Part shown: positions 31,277 to 40,574 of the stretch, in pieces
How positions within the stretch are numbered: the stretch's first letter is position 1
How the letters are laid out: each line of letters begins with the position of its first letter
Origin: Candidatus Moranbacteria bacterium GW2011_GWE2_35_2-
Lineage (GTDB): Bacteria > Patescibacteriota > Minisyncoccia > Moranbacterales > UBA9337
Reading direction: 5' to 3'
NCBI GenBank assembly: GCA_000990585.1
Contig: LBQD01000002.1
Location: forward strand, 184,016-248,015
Length of the DNA: 64,000 nt
The notes under the pieces: generated by a model
Database searches by the model: none
What the model saw: the letters and a program-made list of their open reading frames with translations, nothing else
What the model was told of the DNA's origin: nothing
Program-made: the position numbers and the translations under genes

Positions 31277-32303
31277 ATTTTAAGCCTGCTTCAAATATTT
31301 CAACCGCATCTTTTCCAGCTGTTTTTCGTAACATACCTTTCCAATGAGCTAGCTTATCGCTTGGAATTTTGGATATTCTCCAATAGTAAGAAATCCTTTC
31401 TTCATCTATTTCGTTTATGACGGATGCGATATTCGATGCGTTTGAATAAAGGTTAAAATAAATTTTAGGAACCAGTTTTTCTTTTCCTTTCAATTGAATA
31501 TTTTGTTGTCCTCCAGCCGTGAATTTATCTCGTAAGCTAGATGAAACAGTGTTATAAGCGGTTATCAAGTACGCAGCCACTCGCTCGAATTTTGTTTGAG
31601 TTCGTCCAAAAATTTCGGGAAATAATATCATTGATTCGATAAAAAATTTCTCTCGCTCCTTTCTTTCTAAAGTATCGTAGGACTTAATGATAGGTGCGAC
31701 GGTTCCTTCCTCGGACATTTGGTCAATCCACCATAATTCTTCACCGTCTTTCAATTGACTCCTGTAGTAATCCTTAACTTTAGCTATTAGGTTCGATTGT
31801 GAGCGAAACAACTCATAATCAATTTTCATTTTATCGAAAATAGATTTACCAATCTCTAACTCCATATTTATTTTGTACCTAGGCGAATGAGTCACGCCAA
31901 TATCGTAAAGGCACTCTTCATAAAGGCGAAACCTTATGTCCGTATCGCCGCCGAGCTTTCCAAAGAAAAGAAAGATTCTTTTTACGTCATCTATTCTTGT
32001 TGTTTCAAGGACGCTATTTCCAGTCGAAACCCATTTATTTCCAGTTGTGACTTTGACTTCCACTCCAAAATATTTTTTTGCGATAATATCGGGAAAAGCG
32101 TGCGCGCCCGTTTGTTTTACTGTATTTTCAAATTCAGTCCCAACTGACGATTCTTTCATTTTTTCAAAAACAAAAGTTTCAAACTCATCACCGCTCATAC
32201 CGCTATTTCTGCCTGAAAGAATATTTAATGAGTTTTCTCTTGTTTTTTCCAAAAGGGCAACAAAGTTTTCCTCCTGTATCCCGTTTTTATTGATATAAAT
32301 CAT
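31260..32303 (-). CDS. Putative Type II restriction endonuclease
   Basis: FPDII....GVEVK PD-(D/E)xK motif; between a C5-MTase and vsr. Confidence 0.75.
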   Translation of the reverse strand: MIYINKNGIQEENFVALLEKTRENSLNILSGRNSGMSGDEFETFVFEKMKESSVGTEFENTVKQTGAHAFPDIIAKKYFGVEVKVTTGNKWVSTGNSVLETTRIDDVKRIFLFFGKLGGDTDIRFRLYEECLYDIGVTHSPRYKINMELEIGKSIFDKMKIDYELFRSQSNLIAKVKDYYRSQLKDGEELWWIDQMSEEGTVAPIIKSYDTLERKEREKFFIESMILFPEIFGRTQTKFERVAAYLITAYNTVSSSLRDKFTAGGQQNIQLKGKEKLVPKIYFNLYSNASNIASVINEIDEERISYYWRISKIPSDKLAHWKGMLRKTAGKDAVEIFEAGLKYGKKA

Positions 32304-32310
32304 TGCTTTA

Positions 32311-33327
32311 TTACTTTAAATTTTTATCAAGAAATTTTTGAATCGCAGTCGCTATATGCCAAGCCATAACTGGGGGAACCGCATTGCCGACTTGCTTATA
32401 TGCGGAAGATGTTGAAGGGAAGAAAATGAAGTCGTCCGGAAATGATTGGATTCTGGCTGCTTCTCTAGCCGACAACCTTCTTTTCCCATTGTAATGATAT
32501 TCAATATTTCCGTGATGCTCAGTCCGCATTGTTGGTCCTGGTTTCAATGCGGATACAATATTGTTACCTTGCCCATTATTTTTTTTCGCCTTTGACCAAA
32601 AGTGGTTATCAAATCCCCCTTCTTCTAATTTCTCTAAATCACCAATAGCTTTTTTCAAAGGAATCCAATTTTCTTTACTAAATAATTCTTTCGGATAGTC
32701 TTCATTTTCAAATTTAGGAAGTTTTCCTTTTATTGTTCCAACAATTATGACACGCTCCCTAGTTTGCGGAACACCATAATTTGCAGCGTGCAATAATTTG
32801 AAGTTAACGTTATATCCCAATGTCGCAAAGTCTTTTACGATTGTATCAATAGCTTCTCCCTTGTTCATTGTGAGAAGTCCTTTGACGTTTTCAGCGACAA
32901 ATAAAACAGGCTTTGTGCGCTTGATTACTTCCATCATACTTTGATAAAGAATACCTCTTTTGCTTTCAAAGCCCTTTCTTTTTCCAGCGTGACTGAAATC
33001 CTGACAAGGAAATCCTCCTAAAACTATATCTACCTTTTGCGGCAGTTGTTTATCAAAAAGTTTTTTTGTTCCCTTTTCACTAAGAATATCTCGAATGTCA
33101 CCACAAACAATATCGTGTCCAAAATATTTTCTGTAAGTTTCACAGCTAGGAGAATCTATATCATTCGACCATTCCATTTCAAAATTCCTTTTTGCGTACT
33201 TCTTTCCTAAATAATCAAATCCGCCTCTAAAACCAAGATCGAGCCCTCCACACCCCGCAAACAATGAAGCTATTTTATATTTCTTCTTTTGTTCCTTTTT
33301 TGTATTCACAGTTTTGCTTATCGCCAT
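32311..33327 (-). CDS. DNA (cytosine-5)-methyltransferase
   Basis: SLFAGCGG, GGFPCQ, ENV, Q.RERV, GNAVPP; start uncertain (33327 or 33345). Confidence 0.95.
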   Translation of the reverse strand: MAISKTVNTKKEQKKKYKIASLFAGCGGLDLGFRGGFDYLGKKYAKRNFEMEWSNDIDSPSCETYRKYFGHDIVCGDIRDILSEKGTKKLFDKQLPQKVDIVLGGFPCQDFSHAGKRKGFESKRGILYQSMMEVIKRTKPVLFVAENVKGLLTMNKGEAIDTIVKDFATLGYNVNFKLLHAANYGVPQTRERVIIVGTIKGKLPKFENEDYPKELFSKENWIPLKKAIGDLEKLEEGGFDNHFWSKAKKNNGQGNNIVSALKPGPTMRTEHHGNIEYHYNGKRRLSAREAARIQSFPDDFIFFPSTSSAYKQVGNAVPPVMAWHIATAIQKFLDKNLK

Positions 33328-33328
33328 A

Positions 33329-33550
33329 TTATTGATTATTTTCATTATGTTTTAAGAATTTTGCTATTTCTTTTTTGGAATACCTCATTAATTTTTTCTC
33401 CCCAATTCTTATAGCAACCAATATTCCTTTTGTGTCCCATTGTCTCAAGGTGTTTGGATGACATTTTAATAAACCGCAAGCCTCCTTTAGTGTGAGCAAC
33501 TCCGGGATGTCTTTATCGTTTTTTTGATCTTTGGTCATTGATTTTTTCAT
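33329..33550 (-). CDS. MerR/excisionase-type HTH protein (possible R-M controller)
   Basis: LLTLKEAC.LL.CHPNTLRQWD. Confidence 0.8.
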   Translation of the reverse strand: MKKSMTKDQKNDKDIPELLTLKEACGLLKCHPNTLRQWDTKGILVAIRIGEKKLMRYSKKEIAKFLKHNENNQ

Positions 33551-33613
33551 AACATTTGATAACATTATAATACATAAATGACCTTGGCTGCAAATGAGCG
33601 TTTTAAGGCAATT

Positions 33614-33635
33614 GGGGTCAGGTACCTTTTTTGTT
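33614..33635. repeat. GGGGTCAG-type junction motif, copy 2
   Basis: GGGGTCAGGTACCTTTTTTGTT. Confidence 0.65.
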
Positions 33636-33688
33636 TTAGTGCACAGCAAGGACGAGCCTAGACTAATCTTACAAACGAACTCCGCAAA

Positions 33689-34501
33689 TCATTTGCTGCT
33701 AAAATTTGTCAGAATAACGACTTCTTTCTCATGGATATGTCCATCTTTACTGTGTCTTTTGATAAAAAACTTCCTAGCACTTTCTTTGATTTCAGCCGAC
33801 ATATCATGCAGATGCCGCATGCCTATCCACTCCAAGACCATATTGCCGTTTTTATTAAGGATATTGCCTTTTGTCAAAACACCGGAAAATATCGTATCAA
33901 ATTTTTTGACTTTGATCCTATGCGCGCTAAGCCCGTTCAGTAACGAATCAACTTCATTCCTTGACGACGCATATTGATCGTCGGTTATTTTTTTAAGCCC
34001 GCCCAAAAAAGAATTTGCGTCATTCACCACGAAAACTGCGACTCCATCTTTTTTAAGCATTTTTCTTATTTTATCCAGATATGAGTTATTTCTAAAGGTA
34101 TAGATACTATGGATAAGAAAAATGATATCGTATTTGCTCTGGGTGGAAAATTTTTCGAAAGTACTCTTTTTTGTGGCAATGGGATACTTTTTCTTGGCCG
34201 ATTCCCTAATGCAGTTTTTTATAAATTCTTCTGAAGGCTCCACCAGATCAGCTTCGGCAATTATTTCTTTTTGTTTAAATAAATCAAGAAAATGCCTAAG
34301 TCGTTTGCCATCACCGCCACCGACATCCAATATCTTTAGTTCTTTTTTATTTCTAATTTTAGGATAGACAATATCAAAAACACTAAGAATCAATGAATCT
34401 TTTTTGCCATAAAGTATGTTTTTGAATTCGTTGTATTTACGGGCTCCTTCCGAGGAATTCAAATAATCCAAGTACTGTTTCTTTACATCTTTCATAAACA
34501 A
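33689..34501 (-). CDS. Class I SAM-dependent methyltransferase
   Basis: ILDVGGGDG, VEPS, YDIIFLIHSIY. Confidence 0.85.
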   Translation of the reverse strand: MFMKDVKKQYLDYLNSSEGARKYNEFKNILYGKKDSLILSVFDIVYPKIRNKKELKILDVGGGDGKRLRHFLDLFKQKEIIAEADLVEPSEEFIKNCIRESAKKKYPIATKKSTFEKFSTQSKYDIIFLIHSIYTFRNNSYLDKIRKMLKKDGVAVFVVNDANSFLGGLKKITDDQYASSRNEVDSLLNGLSAHRIKVKKFDTIFSGVLTKGNILNKNGNMVLEWIGMRHLHDMSAEIKESARKFFIKRHSKDGHIHEKEVVILTNFSSK

Positions 34502-34570
34502 AGTCTAATACTTTATTGTGCCCTTGTCTAATGTTGGAGCCTGTTTTATAGCAAAAAAGAGCCTTCATTT

Positions 34571-34605
34571 GAATAAAAGGGGTCAGATATATTTTTTGTT
34601 AAATA
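34571..34605. repeat. GGGGTCAG-type junction motif, copy 3
   Basis: GAATAAAAGGGGTCAGATATATTTTTTGTTAAATA. Confidence 0.65.
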
Positions 34606-34757
34606 AATCATCTTCCGATTAGAATAAGGGAACTGCTTAAAAATTGCACTGTTGCTTTTTTTTATTTCATGCCTTCTGGAAATCCGGCTTAAGGTAATCG
34701 ATAACAGTCCTTAATTAGGCTAAACAAAAAAAGCCATTTGCTGGCTCTTTTGAGATT

Positions 34758-34867
34758 TGCTCCCGTTAGTTGATGTGTTCAGAAGACTTGAATTAAGGAA
34801 AATGGAGGAATCTTTGGAGATATTAAAAATAAGCGTGCCACAATTTTCTATGTAGAGCAGGCTCTAT
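34758..34867 (+). repeat. att-like direct repeat (unit 2 left junction)
   Basis: TGCTCCCGTTAGTTGATGTGTTCAGAA...AAGGAAAATGGAGGAATCTTTGGA; close copy at 35713. Confidence 0.85.
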
Positions 34868-34959
34868 GATTTTTTTTATTAAAATATTTTTAATAAAAAA
34901 GACGGTTATTGACTTGTTAGTCTCACCGTCTTTCAATTTCTTAAATCAGGAAGCTTGGA

Positions 34960-35550
34960 CTACCTGAAAAACTCAATTCGCACCATAAGCCCAATAATGG
35001 CACTTACCAGAATTACAGCCCTTGAGGCGTAAAGCAGTGCGAACCAGTCTTTCTCTTTAATTGGATTATAGAGGGCAGTCAGGTTGGAAATCAAAACGAT
35101 TACCCATACCGAGAAAGACTCGGTATTTTCGGTTGCCTTCCACAACCAAACTATAGTAGGAAGATAACCAATAACCAGAATAAAGTTTATTGCGATATTC
35201 GCCGCATTCGCTCTCTTGCTGATTCTCCAATAAATTAAAACTGCGACAACCGACGCAATGCACAGGATTTCAAAAGGGCTGAAAGCATAGCGAGTGTCTT
35301 TTCCGAAAAACAAAAGGAATAGCAGTATTGACCACGTCGCAAACACATCTGTTGTGTTTGCAATATTGGTAATGACATCCTTTTTGGAATCAGCACGCAT
35401 ATACGTCCATATTCCTACGCCTGTAGCCAGTGAAAACAAAAGCCAGGTAGCAAGAACAGGATGGATTTCTCCCAATTTTATTAAATAGCAATATCTGATA
35501 GCGACCACCGCCATCAGAAATGAGACAACGACAGCCGTTATTCTTTTCAT
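34960..35550 (-). CDS. Multi-pass membrane protein (PQ-loop-like)
   Basis: AGGAGG SD; Y..LIK.GE..P...TW pattern shared with 54736-55296. Confidence 0.7.
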   Translation of the reverse strand: MKRITAVVVSFLMAVVAIRYCYLIKLGEIHPVLATWLLFSLATGVGIWTYMRADSKKDVITNIANTTDVFATWSILLFLLFFGKDTRYAFSPFEILCIASVVAVLIYWRISKRANAANIAINFILVIGYLPTIVWLWKATENTESFSVWVIVLISNLTALYNPIKEKDWFALLYASRAVILVSAIIGLMVRIEFFR

Positions 35551-35712
35551 TTTATCCCTCCTATAGGTAGAAATTTTTCTTATAATCCAAAGGATTTTGT
35601 TGAAAAAAGAACTGACGCATAAGTTTATAACAAAATAAGGCAAAAGTCAAGCATAAGTTCTAATCCTGCCCGAGGTATAAAAAATAACCCTTTAGATAAG
35701 GGTTATTTTAGG

Positions 35713-35821
35713 TGCTCCCGTTAGTTGATGTATTCAGAATGCTTAACTTAAGGAAAATGGAAGAATCTTTGGAAACACTTAAATAAGTTTATCTCAATAT
35801 ACAATGTAGTGCCTGCTCTAT
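35713..35821 (+). repeat. att-like direct repeat (unit 3 left junction)
   Basis: TGCTCCCGTTAGTTGATGTATTCAGAA...AAGGAAAATGGAAGAATCTTTGGA. Confidence 0.85.
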
Positions 35822-35834
35822 ATTGCTGGATAAA

Positions 35835-36779
35835 TCAAATCACTTGTCTCAAAACTCTCATCCAGTTGTCATAGAATATCTTCTTTACAACTTTTTTATC
35901 TAATTTTTGAAGTAGAAAATCTTCTATTCCATTAAGAATCAATACGTCCTTATGTCCCTCCAAGAAAGGATACTTTTCTAAGGGATAAATATCTGAACTG
36001 ATTGCCACATAATCATCACCCCATTTATTTATAATATATTCTATGTGTTTATAAAACTCATCAAAAGTTCCATTTTGCCCAGTCTCTGCAGAAAATGGAA
36101 ATAATGAAATTACACCTCTCCTGTCAACTACCAATTGAATCTCTTCATCAGTTAAATTATGTATCGTATTGCAAACTGAACGAACATTACTGTGCGTTGA
36201 AACGATCATACCTTTAAATATGTCGCTTACATCTTTCACGGACTTTTCACTTAAATGAGCAATATCTACAATTAAGGGCTTGCTATTCATTTTTTCCAAA
36301 ACATCAATACCTTTTTGACTAACACCTGTATCATTTTTTGAATTTCTTCCGCTGGCATAGTCATTGCTTTCTTCCCAGGTTAATCCAAAAATTCTTACGC
36401 CCAAATCATAAAAATGGTCAAAGTCTTCTGGGTTGCGAAAACACTGAATACCCTCAATAGTATAAATGCAAACTATATCATTTGATTTTTCATTTATCTC
36501 TCTAAAACTAGTGCTTGTTTTAATTTCCGAACTGATAGAGAAGAGCTCTTCATACCATTGGTGAAAATTATTAACTCCATCATAAAAACTAGTCTTGAGA
36601 AAACTTTCATCAAAATACAGCGAAACTCCTAAAACTTTAATCCCGGCTTTTTGAAGTTTACTCAGAGTTACTGGTAAATCTTTCTGGGAATAAAAATCAC
36701 TCTGTCTATATTTAAACAGCCGATACATATCAGCTATATCTATATGAGAATCAATTTTATGTATTCTTTTATTACCCAT
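35835..36779 (-). CDS. Membrane dipeptidase family (M19) protein
   Basis: IDSHID, IEG, GVRIFGLTW, VDIAHLS, STHSN. Confidence 0.85.
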   Translation of the reverse strand: MGNKRIHKIDSHIDIADMYRLFKYRQSDFYSQKDLPVTLSKLQKAGIKVLGVSLYFDESFLKTSFYDGVNNFHQWYEELFSISSEIKTSTSFREINEKSNDIVCIYTIEGIQCFRNPEDFDHFYDLGVRIFGLTWEESNDYASGRNSKNDTGVSQKGIDVLEKMNSKPLIVDIAHLSEKSVKDVSDIFKGMIVSTHSNVRSVCNTIHNLTDEEIQLVVDRRGVISLFPFSAETGQNGTFDEFYKHIEYIINKWGDDYVAISSDIYPLEKYPFLEGHKDVLILNGIEDFLLQKLDKKVVKKIFYDNWMRVLRQVI

Positions 36780-36862
36780 ATAAGTAATTATGCTTGAATC
36801 AATGTTGTTTGCAATTTTATAAATAAAATAATCAGTGGTCCAGAAGTCCAATCTAAATAAAA

Positions 36863-36889
36863 GAATAAAAGGGGTCAGGTACCTTTTCC
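36863..36889. repeat. GGGGTCAG-type junction motif, copy 4
   Basis: GAATAAAAGGGGTCAGGTACCTTTTCC. Confidence 0.65.
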
Positions 36890-37056
36890 TATTTCTTCCA
36901 ATCCTTGATTAAAATCCCGCCCCGGACTTTTTTTACTACGACTTTTTGTTTTTCTTTCCATCCCAAATCCCGAATCATTTCAATAGGGAGGGTGACAGCA
37001 AGACTTGTTTTTCCTACGCGCGTAATTTTTCTGGTGTTTTTGTCTTTGAGTTTCAT
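36889..37056 (-). CDS. AbrB/MazE/SpoVT family DNA-binding protein (55 aa, not in ORF track)
   Basis: MKLKDKNTRKITRVGKTSLAVTLPIEMIRDLGWKEKQKVVVKKVRGGILIKDWKK. Confidence 0.8.
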   Translation of the reverse strand: MKLKDKNTRKITRVGKTSLAVTLPIEMIRDLGWKEKQKVVVKKVRGGILIKDWKK

Positions 37057-37183
37057 CCTTCTTTTTATTTTAAGAATTAATTTTAATACTTACCAAAGTA
37101 AGTATTAAAATTATACATCCCTAAAACAGGAAAAGCAAAAAAATAAGCACTCTTTTAATTCAAAGAATTTCTGATCATTTGCT

Positions 37184-37474
37184 TCAAGCTGCTTTTTCCC
37201 TTGGTGGTTTTGAAGTATTTTCTTTAAAATAATGTCGCAGTTGTTTTTTGAGATATGTTCGACCGGAACCACTCTTGAGAAATTTTTCTCGTCCGACCGC
37301 ATCAGCTTTATTGAGATATGCTTCGTAATAAATTAATTTCCAATTTTTCTTCAAAGAAGTTGTTCTGCATCCATATCCTCTTTGATGATCATTAACTCTG
37401 GTTTTCAAATCATTAGTATATCCAATATACCAAGAATTATCATTTTGACACTCTAATAAATAGGCGTAATACAT
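37184..37474 (-). CDS. GIY-YIG nuclease family protein
   Basis: YAYLL....WYIGYT.DL..R...H, YYEAY, RE.FLKSG.GR. Confidence 0.9.
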   Translation of the reverse strand: MYYAYLLECQNDNSWYIGYTNDLKTRVNDHQRGYGCRTTSLKKNWKLIYYEAYLNKADAVGREKFLKSGSGRTYLKKQLRHYFKENTSKPPREKAA

Positions 37475-37775
37475 GATTTTAAATTAGTGAATTATGTTTT
37501 AATTATACAGTAAAAAAAGACCTGTCGCGCCACGAAAAATGGCTTCGCCATCTCGTGGCCACGAAAAACTTACAAAAAAGGTGGAGTTATATAGTTTTGT
37601 AAAATATGGCGGCGCCACGAGATGAAAAACTTGTCACGCAAAATTCGCTTCGCTCATCGCGTGACTGCGGAAAACTTGCAAAAAAGGTTATTATATAGGC
37701 GATATTCCATATGGCGTGCTGCGAGACGAAAAAAAGACTATCCCGTCAGGGTAGTCTTTTTTGAGTTTTTCGCAG

Positions 37776-37847
37776 CTCCGACGGTAGGATTCGAACCTAC
37801 GACCAAGTGATTAACAGTCACCTGCGCTACCACTGCGCCACGTCGGA
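37776..37847 (-). tRNA. tRNA-Asn(GTT)
   Basis: Minus strand TCCGACG...GGTGA-CTGTTAA-TCACT...GGTTCGAATCC...CGTCGGA-G; CCA not encoded. Confidence 0.96.
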
Positions 37848-37901
37848 ATATATTCTATTTTTAAACGACACAATCCCATTATATAGAAAAAGAAAAATAA
37901 A

Positions 37902-38537
37902 TCAAGAGCGAGAGGGGTGGTGGAATATTATTATTGGAATTATCAAAATTATTCCAATGATAAACGCGATAATTTGGTAATAAACCGGAATGGATCCGAT
38001 ATAGGTCAATGTGACAGTGGTGGGGATAACTCCAATAAGAGTGGTAAAAAAATATATTTTCCAGCTGATATCCGTGAAAAGTCCCAAGGCGTAGCTGAGA
38101 ATGTCAACCGGAGTTATGATGCGTAAAAAAATCAAATACCAAAAAAGATTTTTTTCCGGAATATATTTGTAGTGCTCTTTGATTTTCTCCAGGGAAATAA
38201 ATTTTTTCACAATCCCGCTTCCATATTTTCTAGCAATCCAAAATGCCATCATTGATCCGAGCGTCCATCCGAAAGTGCTAATAATAATAGTCCAAAATAT
38301 TCCCCATAAACTCACGGATAAAGGTATGAGCGGAATACTGGTAAACGGAGCGACAACGATTGCCAAGACGATGGCAAAAATGTAAAAAATGATTCCTAAT
38401 AAGTCATATCCCATAATCAATTCACGGATAGCCTCGGTATATTGTTGAGTCAAAAAAACGGACAGCACAAAAATTCCACCAATAATGATAATTGGAAAAA
38501 GATCTTTGAGTGGATTTTTTTCAGGCGTGTTTTTCAT
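37902..38537 (-). CDS. TVP38/TMEM64 (VTT/DedA-like) membrane protein
   Basis: GSMMAFWIAR.YG, LR...P.D..SY..GL. Confidence 0.85.
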   Translation of the reverse strand: MKNTPEKNPLKDLFPIIIIGGIFVLSVFLTQQYTEAIRELIMGYDLLGIIFYIFAIVLAIVVAPFTSIPLIPLSVSLWGIFWTIIISTFGWTLGSMMAFWIARKYGSGIVKKFISLEKIKEHYKYIPEKNLFWYLIFLRIITPVDILSYALGLFTDISWKIYFFTTLIGVIPTTVTLTYIGSIPVYYQIIAFIIGIILIIPIIIFHHPSRS

Positions 38538-38764
38538 AATTCTAGCATAGCATCGTTGGCGATTTGAGGAAAGCCGCTTTAAAGAAATATTTGTCACAAT
38601 TATTCGTATTACAAAATAACAAGGACGCAGTTGTCTGATTATTTAATTTGTTTAAAGCGCATGTGGAGCTAATAGTTTTTTTGAAAAAGTTTTCGCTTGT
38701 GTTAAACTGTTTATACAATCAATTTTTTTAGATAAAGTTTGCAATAAAAATTAAGCTAAAAAAT

Positions 38765-39268
38765 ATGTCAAAAACACAAGAAAATTTGAAAGCGGCTTTT
38801 GCCGGAGAGTCTCAGGCGAATCGAAGATATTTGGCTTTTGCCAAGGTGGCGGAAAAAGAAGGAAAGATGAATTTGGCAAAATTGTTTCGAGCGGTGGCGG
38901 AAGGGGAAACAGTTCACGCTCTCAAGCATTTTGATGTCTTGGGCGAAATTGGAGATAGTGCGGAAAATCTGAAGGCGGCGATAGAAGGGGAGACGTATGA
39001 AATTGAAAAGATGTACCCAACGTTTATTTCTGAAGCCGTGGAAGAAGAAAACGCTTTGGCGGAAATGAGTTTTGATAAAGCGAATGAAGTAGAAAAAAGA
39101 CATCAAGAAATATATTCACAGGCTTTGGAAAAAATTGAAGCGGGTGAGGATATCGACGAGAAGAAATATTTTGTTTGCGGAGTTTGCGGATATTTGTCAG
39201 AAAACGAAGCGCCCGACAATTGCCCGGTTTGCAACGCGCCCAAAGAGAAATTCTCCGAGGTTATATAA
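38765..39268 (+). CDS. Rubrerythrin family protein
   Basis: AFAGESQAN, E..HA, C-terminal CGVCGY...CPVC. Confidence 0.93.
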   Translation: MSKTQENLKAAFAGESQANRRYLAFAKVAEKEGKMNLAKLFRAVAEGETVHALKHFDVLGEIGDSAENLKAAIEGETYEIEKMYPTFISEAVEEENALAEMSFDKANEVEKRHQEIYSQALEKIEAGEDIDEKKYFVCGVCGYLSENEAPDNCPVCNAPKEKFSEVI

Positions 39269-39363
39269 GATGAAATAAAAGCAGTGCTTATTAAGAGCGC
39301 TGTTTTTTATTTTTCCGCTAGCGTGGTATACTGGGAGTATAAAAAGAAAAATTTAAAATAAAA

Positions 39364-39765
39364 ATGGAAACAAAAAAAGGATTGGTTTTTTTTATGGAGG
39401 ATGATGGGGAGATTAGAAAAAAGTATTCGGAATTTTTAGAAAAGAACGGATTTGTCGTTCGGGAATCGTGCAATGGAAAAGAGGGATGTTGTTGTTTGAA
39501 AGCGGCGCAAAAATCCACTGTTTTTCCGGAAGTTATCATAATGGATTTAATAATGCCGAAAATGGATGCTATTGATGTTTTAAAAAGAATAAAAAAACAC
39601 GAAGGATGTAACACGATTCCAGTTATTGTTTTGAGCGAATCTGAAAGCAAGGAAGACAAAGAATATGTGCTTAGTATGGGAGCGGATGAATTTTTGCTAA
39701 AATCGGAACTCACGCCGGAAATATTAATGGACGCGATAAAGAAAGCCACTACCTCTGTTGTATAA
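39364..39765 (+). CDS. Stand-alone response regulator receiver
   Basis: EDD, MDLIMPKMD, IPVIVLS, GA..FLLK. Confidence 0.88.
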   Translation: METKKGLVFFMEDDGEIRKKYSEFLEKNGFVVRESCNGKEGCCCLKAAQKSTVFPEVIIMDLIMPKMDAIDVLKRIKKHEGCNTIPVIVLSESESKEDKEYVLSMGADEFLLKSELTPEILMDAIKKATTSVV

Positions 39766-39782
39766 TAAAGCAGGCGAATAAT

Positions 39783-40520
39783 ATGAAAAAAATATTGGCA
39801 ATAATTATTTTTGTTATTTTTTTAGTTGGATTGAATTCTTGGGTTTGGTCGAATTTGAAAAAAAATGAAATCAAATCCGCAAATAGTAACATTGTTTCTA
39901 TTTCAGATATTCAATCAAATGCAAGCAATGGTAATAATAATGTTGATGGTGCTACTGATACGCCACAGGAAGACGATCCGCTTGTTGATTGGGCGCCTGC
40001 CGATAGTCAGAATTCGGATTATAATCCGCCTCTTTTGCATATCGATATTTCCAAAAAACCTTTCGGAATTTTGGTAAGCTCGGAAAATTCTCCGGTTTCT
40101 CCTGAAAAATTTTCCGGGTATCACACCGGGACTGATTTTGAAATCGCTATGGAAGATTCTGATAAGGACGTTTCAGTTTTTGCGGTTTGTTCCGGGGATG
40201 TGGAAAGCGTGAAAATAATCAGCGGATACGGCGGGGTGATGGTGCAAAAATGCACATTGAATGATGAGGATATCAGAGTGCTTTACGGGCATATTAATAT
40301 TGATAAGATTTTCATCAAGGAAGGCGAATATTTGCCAAGCGGCAAAGAATTTGCTATTCTGGCAGACAATGCGAGCGAGCTTTCCGGAGGAGAAAGAAAG
40401 CATTTGCATTTGGGAATTTGGAAGGGAACAAAGATTGATGTGCAGGGATATGTGCAAAATGAAAGCGAACTTTCAAAGTGGATTGATTTTGAAACTGTTA
40501 TAGATTTGTCTAATACGTAG
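39783..40520 (+). CDS. M23 family peptidase
   Basis: YHTGTDFE, LYGHI, HLHLG. Confidence 0.82.
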   Translation: MKKILAIIIFVIFLVGLNSWVWSNLKKNEIKSANSNIVSISDIQSNASNGNNNVDGATDTPQEDDPLVDWAPADSQNSDYNPPLLHIDISKKPFGILVSSENSPVSPEKFSGYHTGTDFEIAMEDSDKDVSVFAVCSGDVESVKIISGYGGVMVQKCTLNDEDIRVLYGHINIDKIFIKEGEYLPSGKEFAILADNASELSGGERKHLHLGIWKGTKIDVQGYVQNESELSKWIDFETVIDLSNT

Positions 40521-40574
40521 GACGATTATTTTTTAATATCAAAGTTTGTTTTTAATTTGTAGGTTTTATATTTT

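Larger units (their letters stand above)
29118..37779. mobile_element. Tandem genomic island (three integrase-less units) at the 3' end of tRNA-Asn
   Basis: GCTCC cores at 29118, 34759, 35714 and 37775 (tRNA end); related sequence follows the first three; defence and accessory cargo. Confidence 0.65.

Noticed and set aside
34758-35821. Imperfect direct repeats as a DGR template/variable pair
   Set aside because: No reverse transcriptase in the window, neither copy lies in a target gene, and differences are not confined to adenines.
37622-37810. 62-aa ORF reading into tRNA-Asn as an integrase remnant
   Set aside because: No recombinase motifs; it crosses repeats and a hairpin and is out of frame with the LPL tails.
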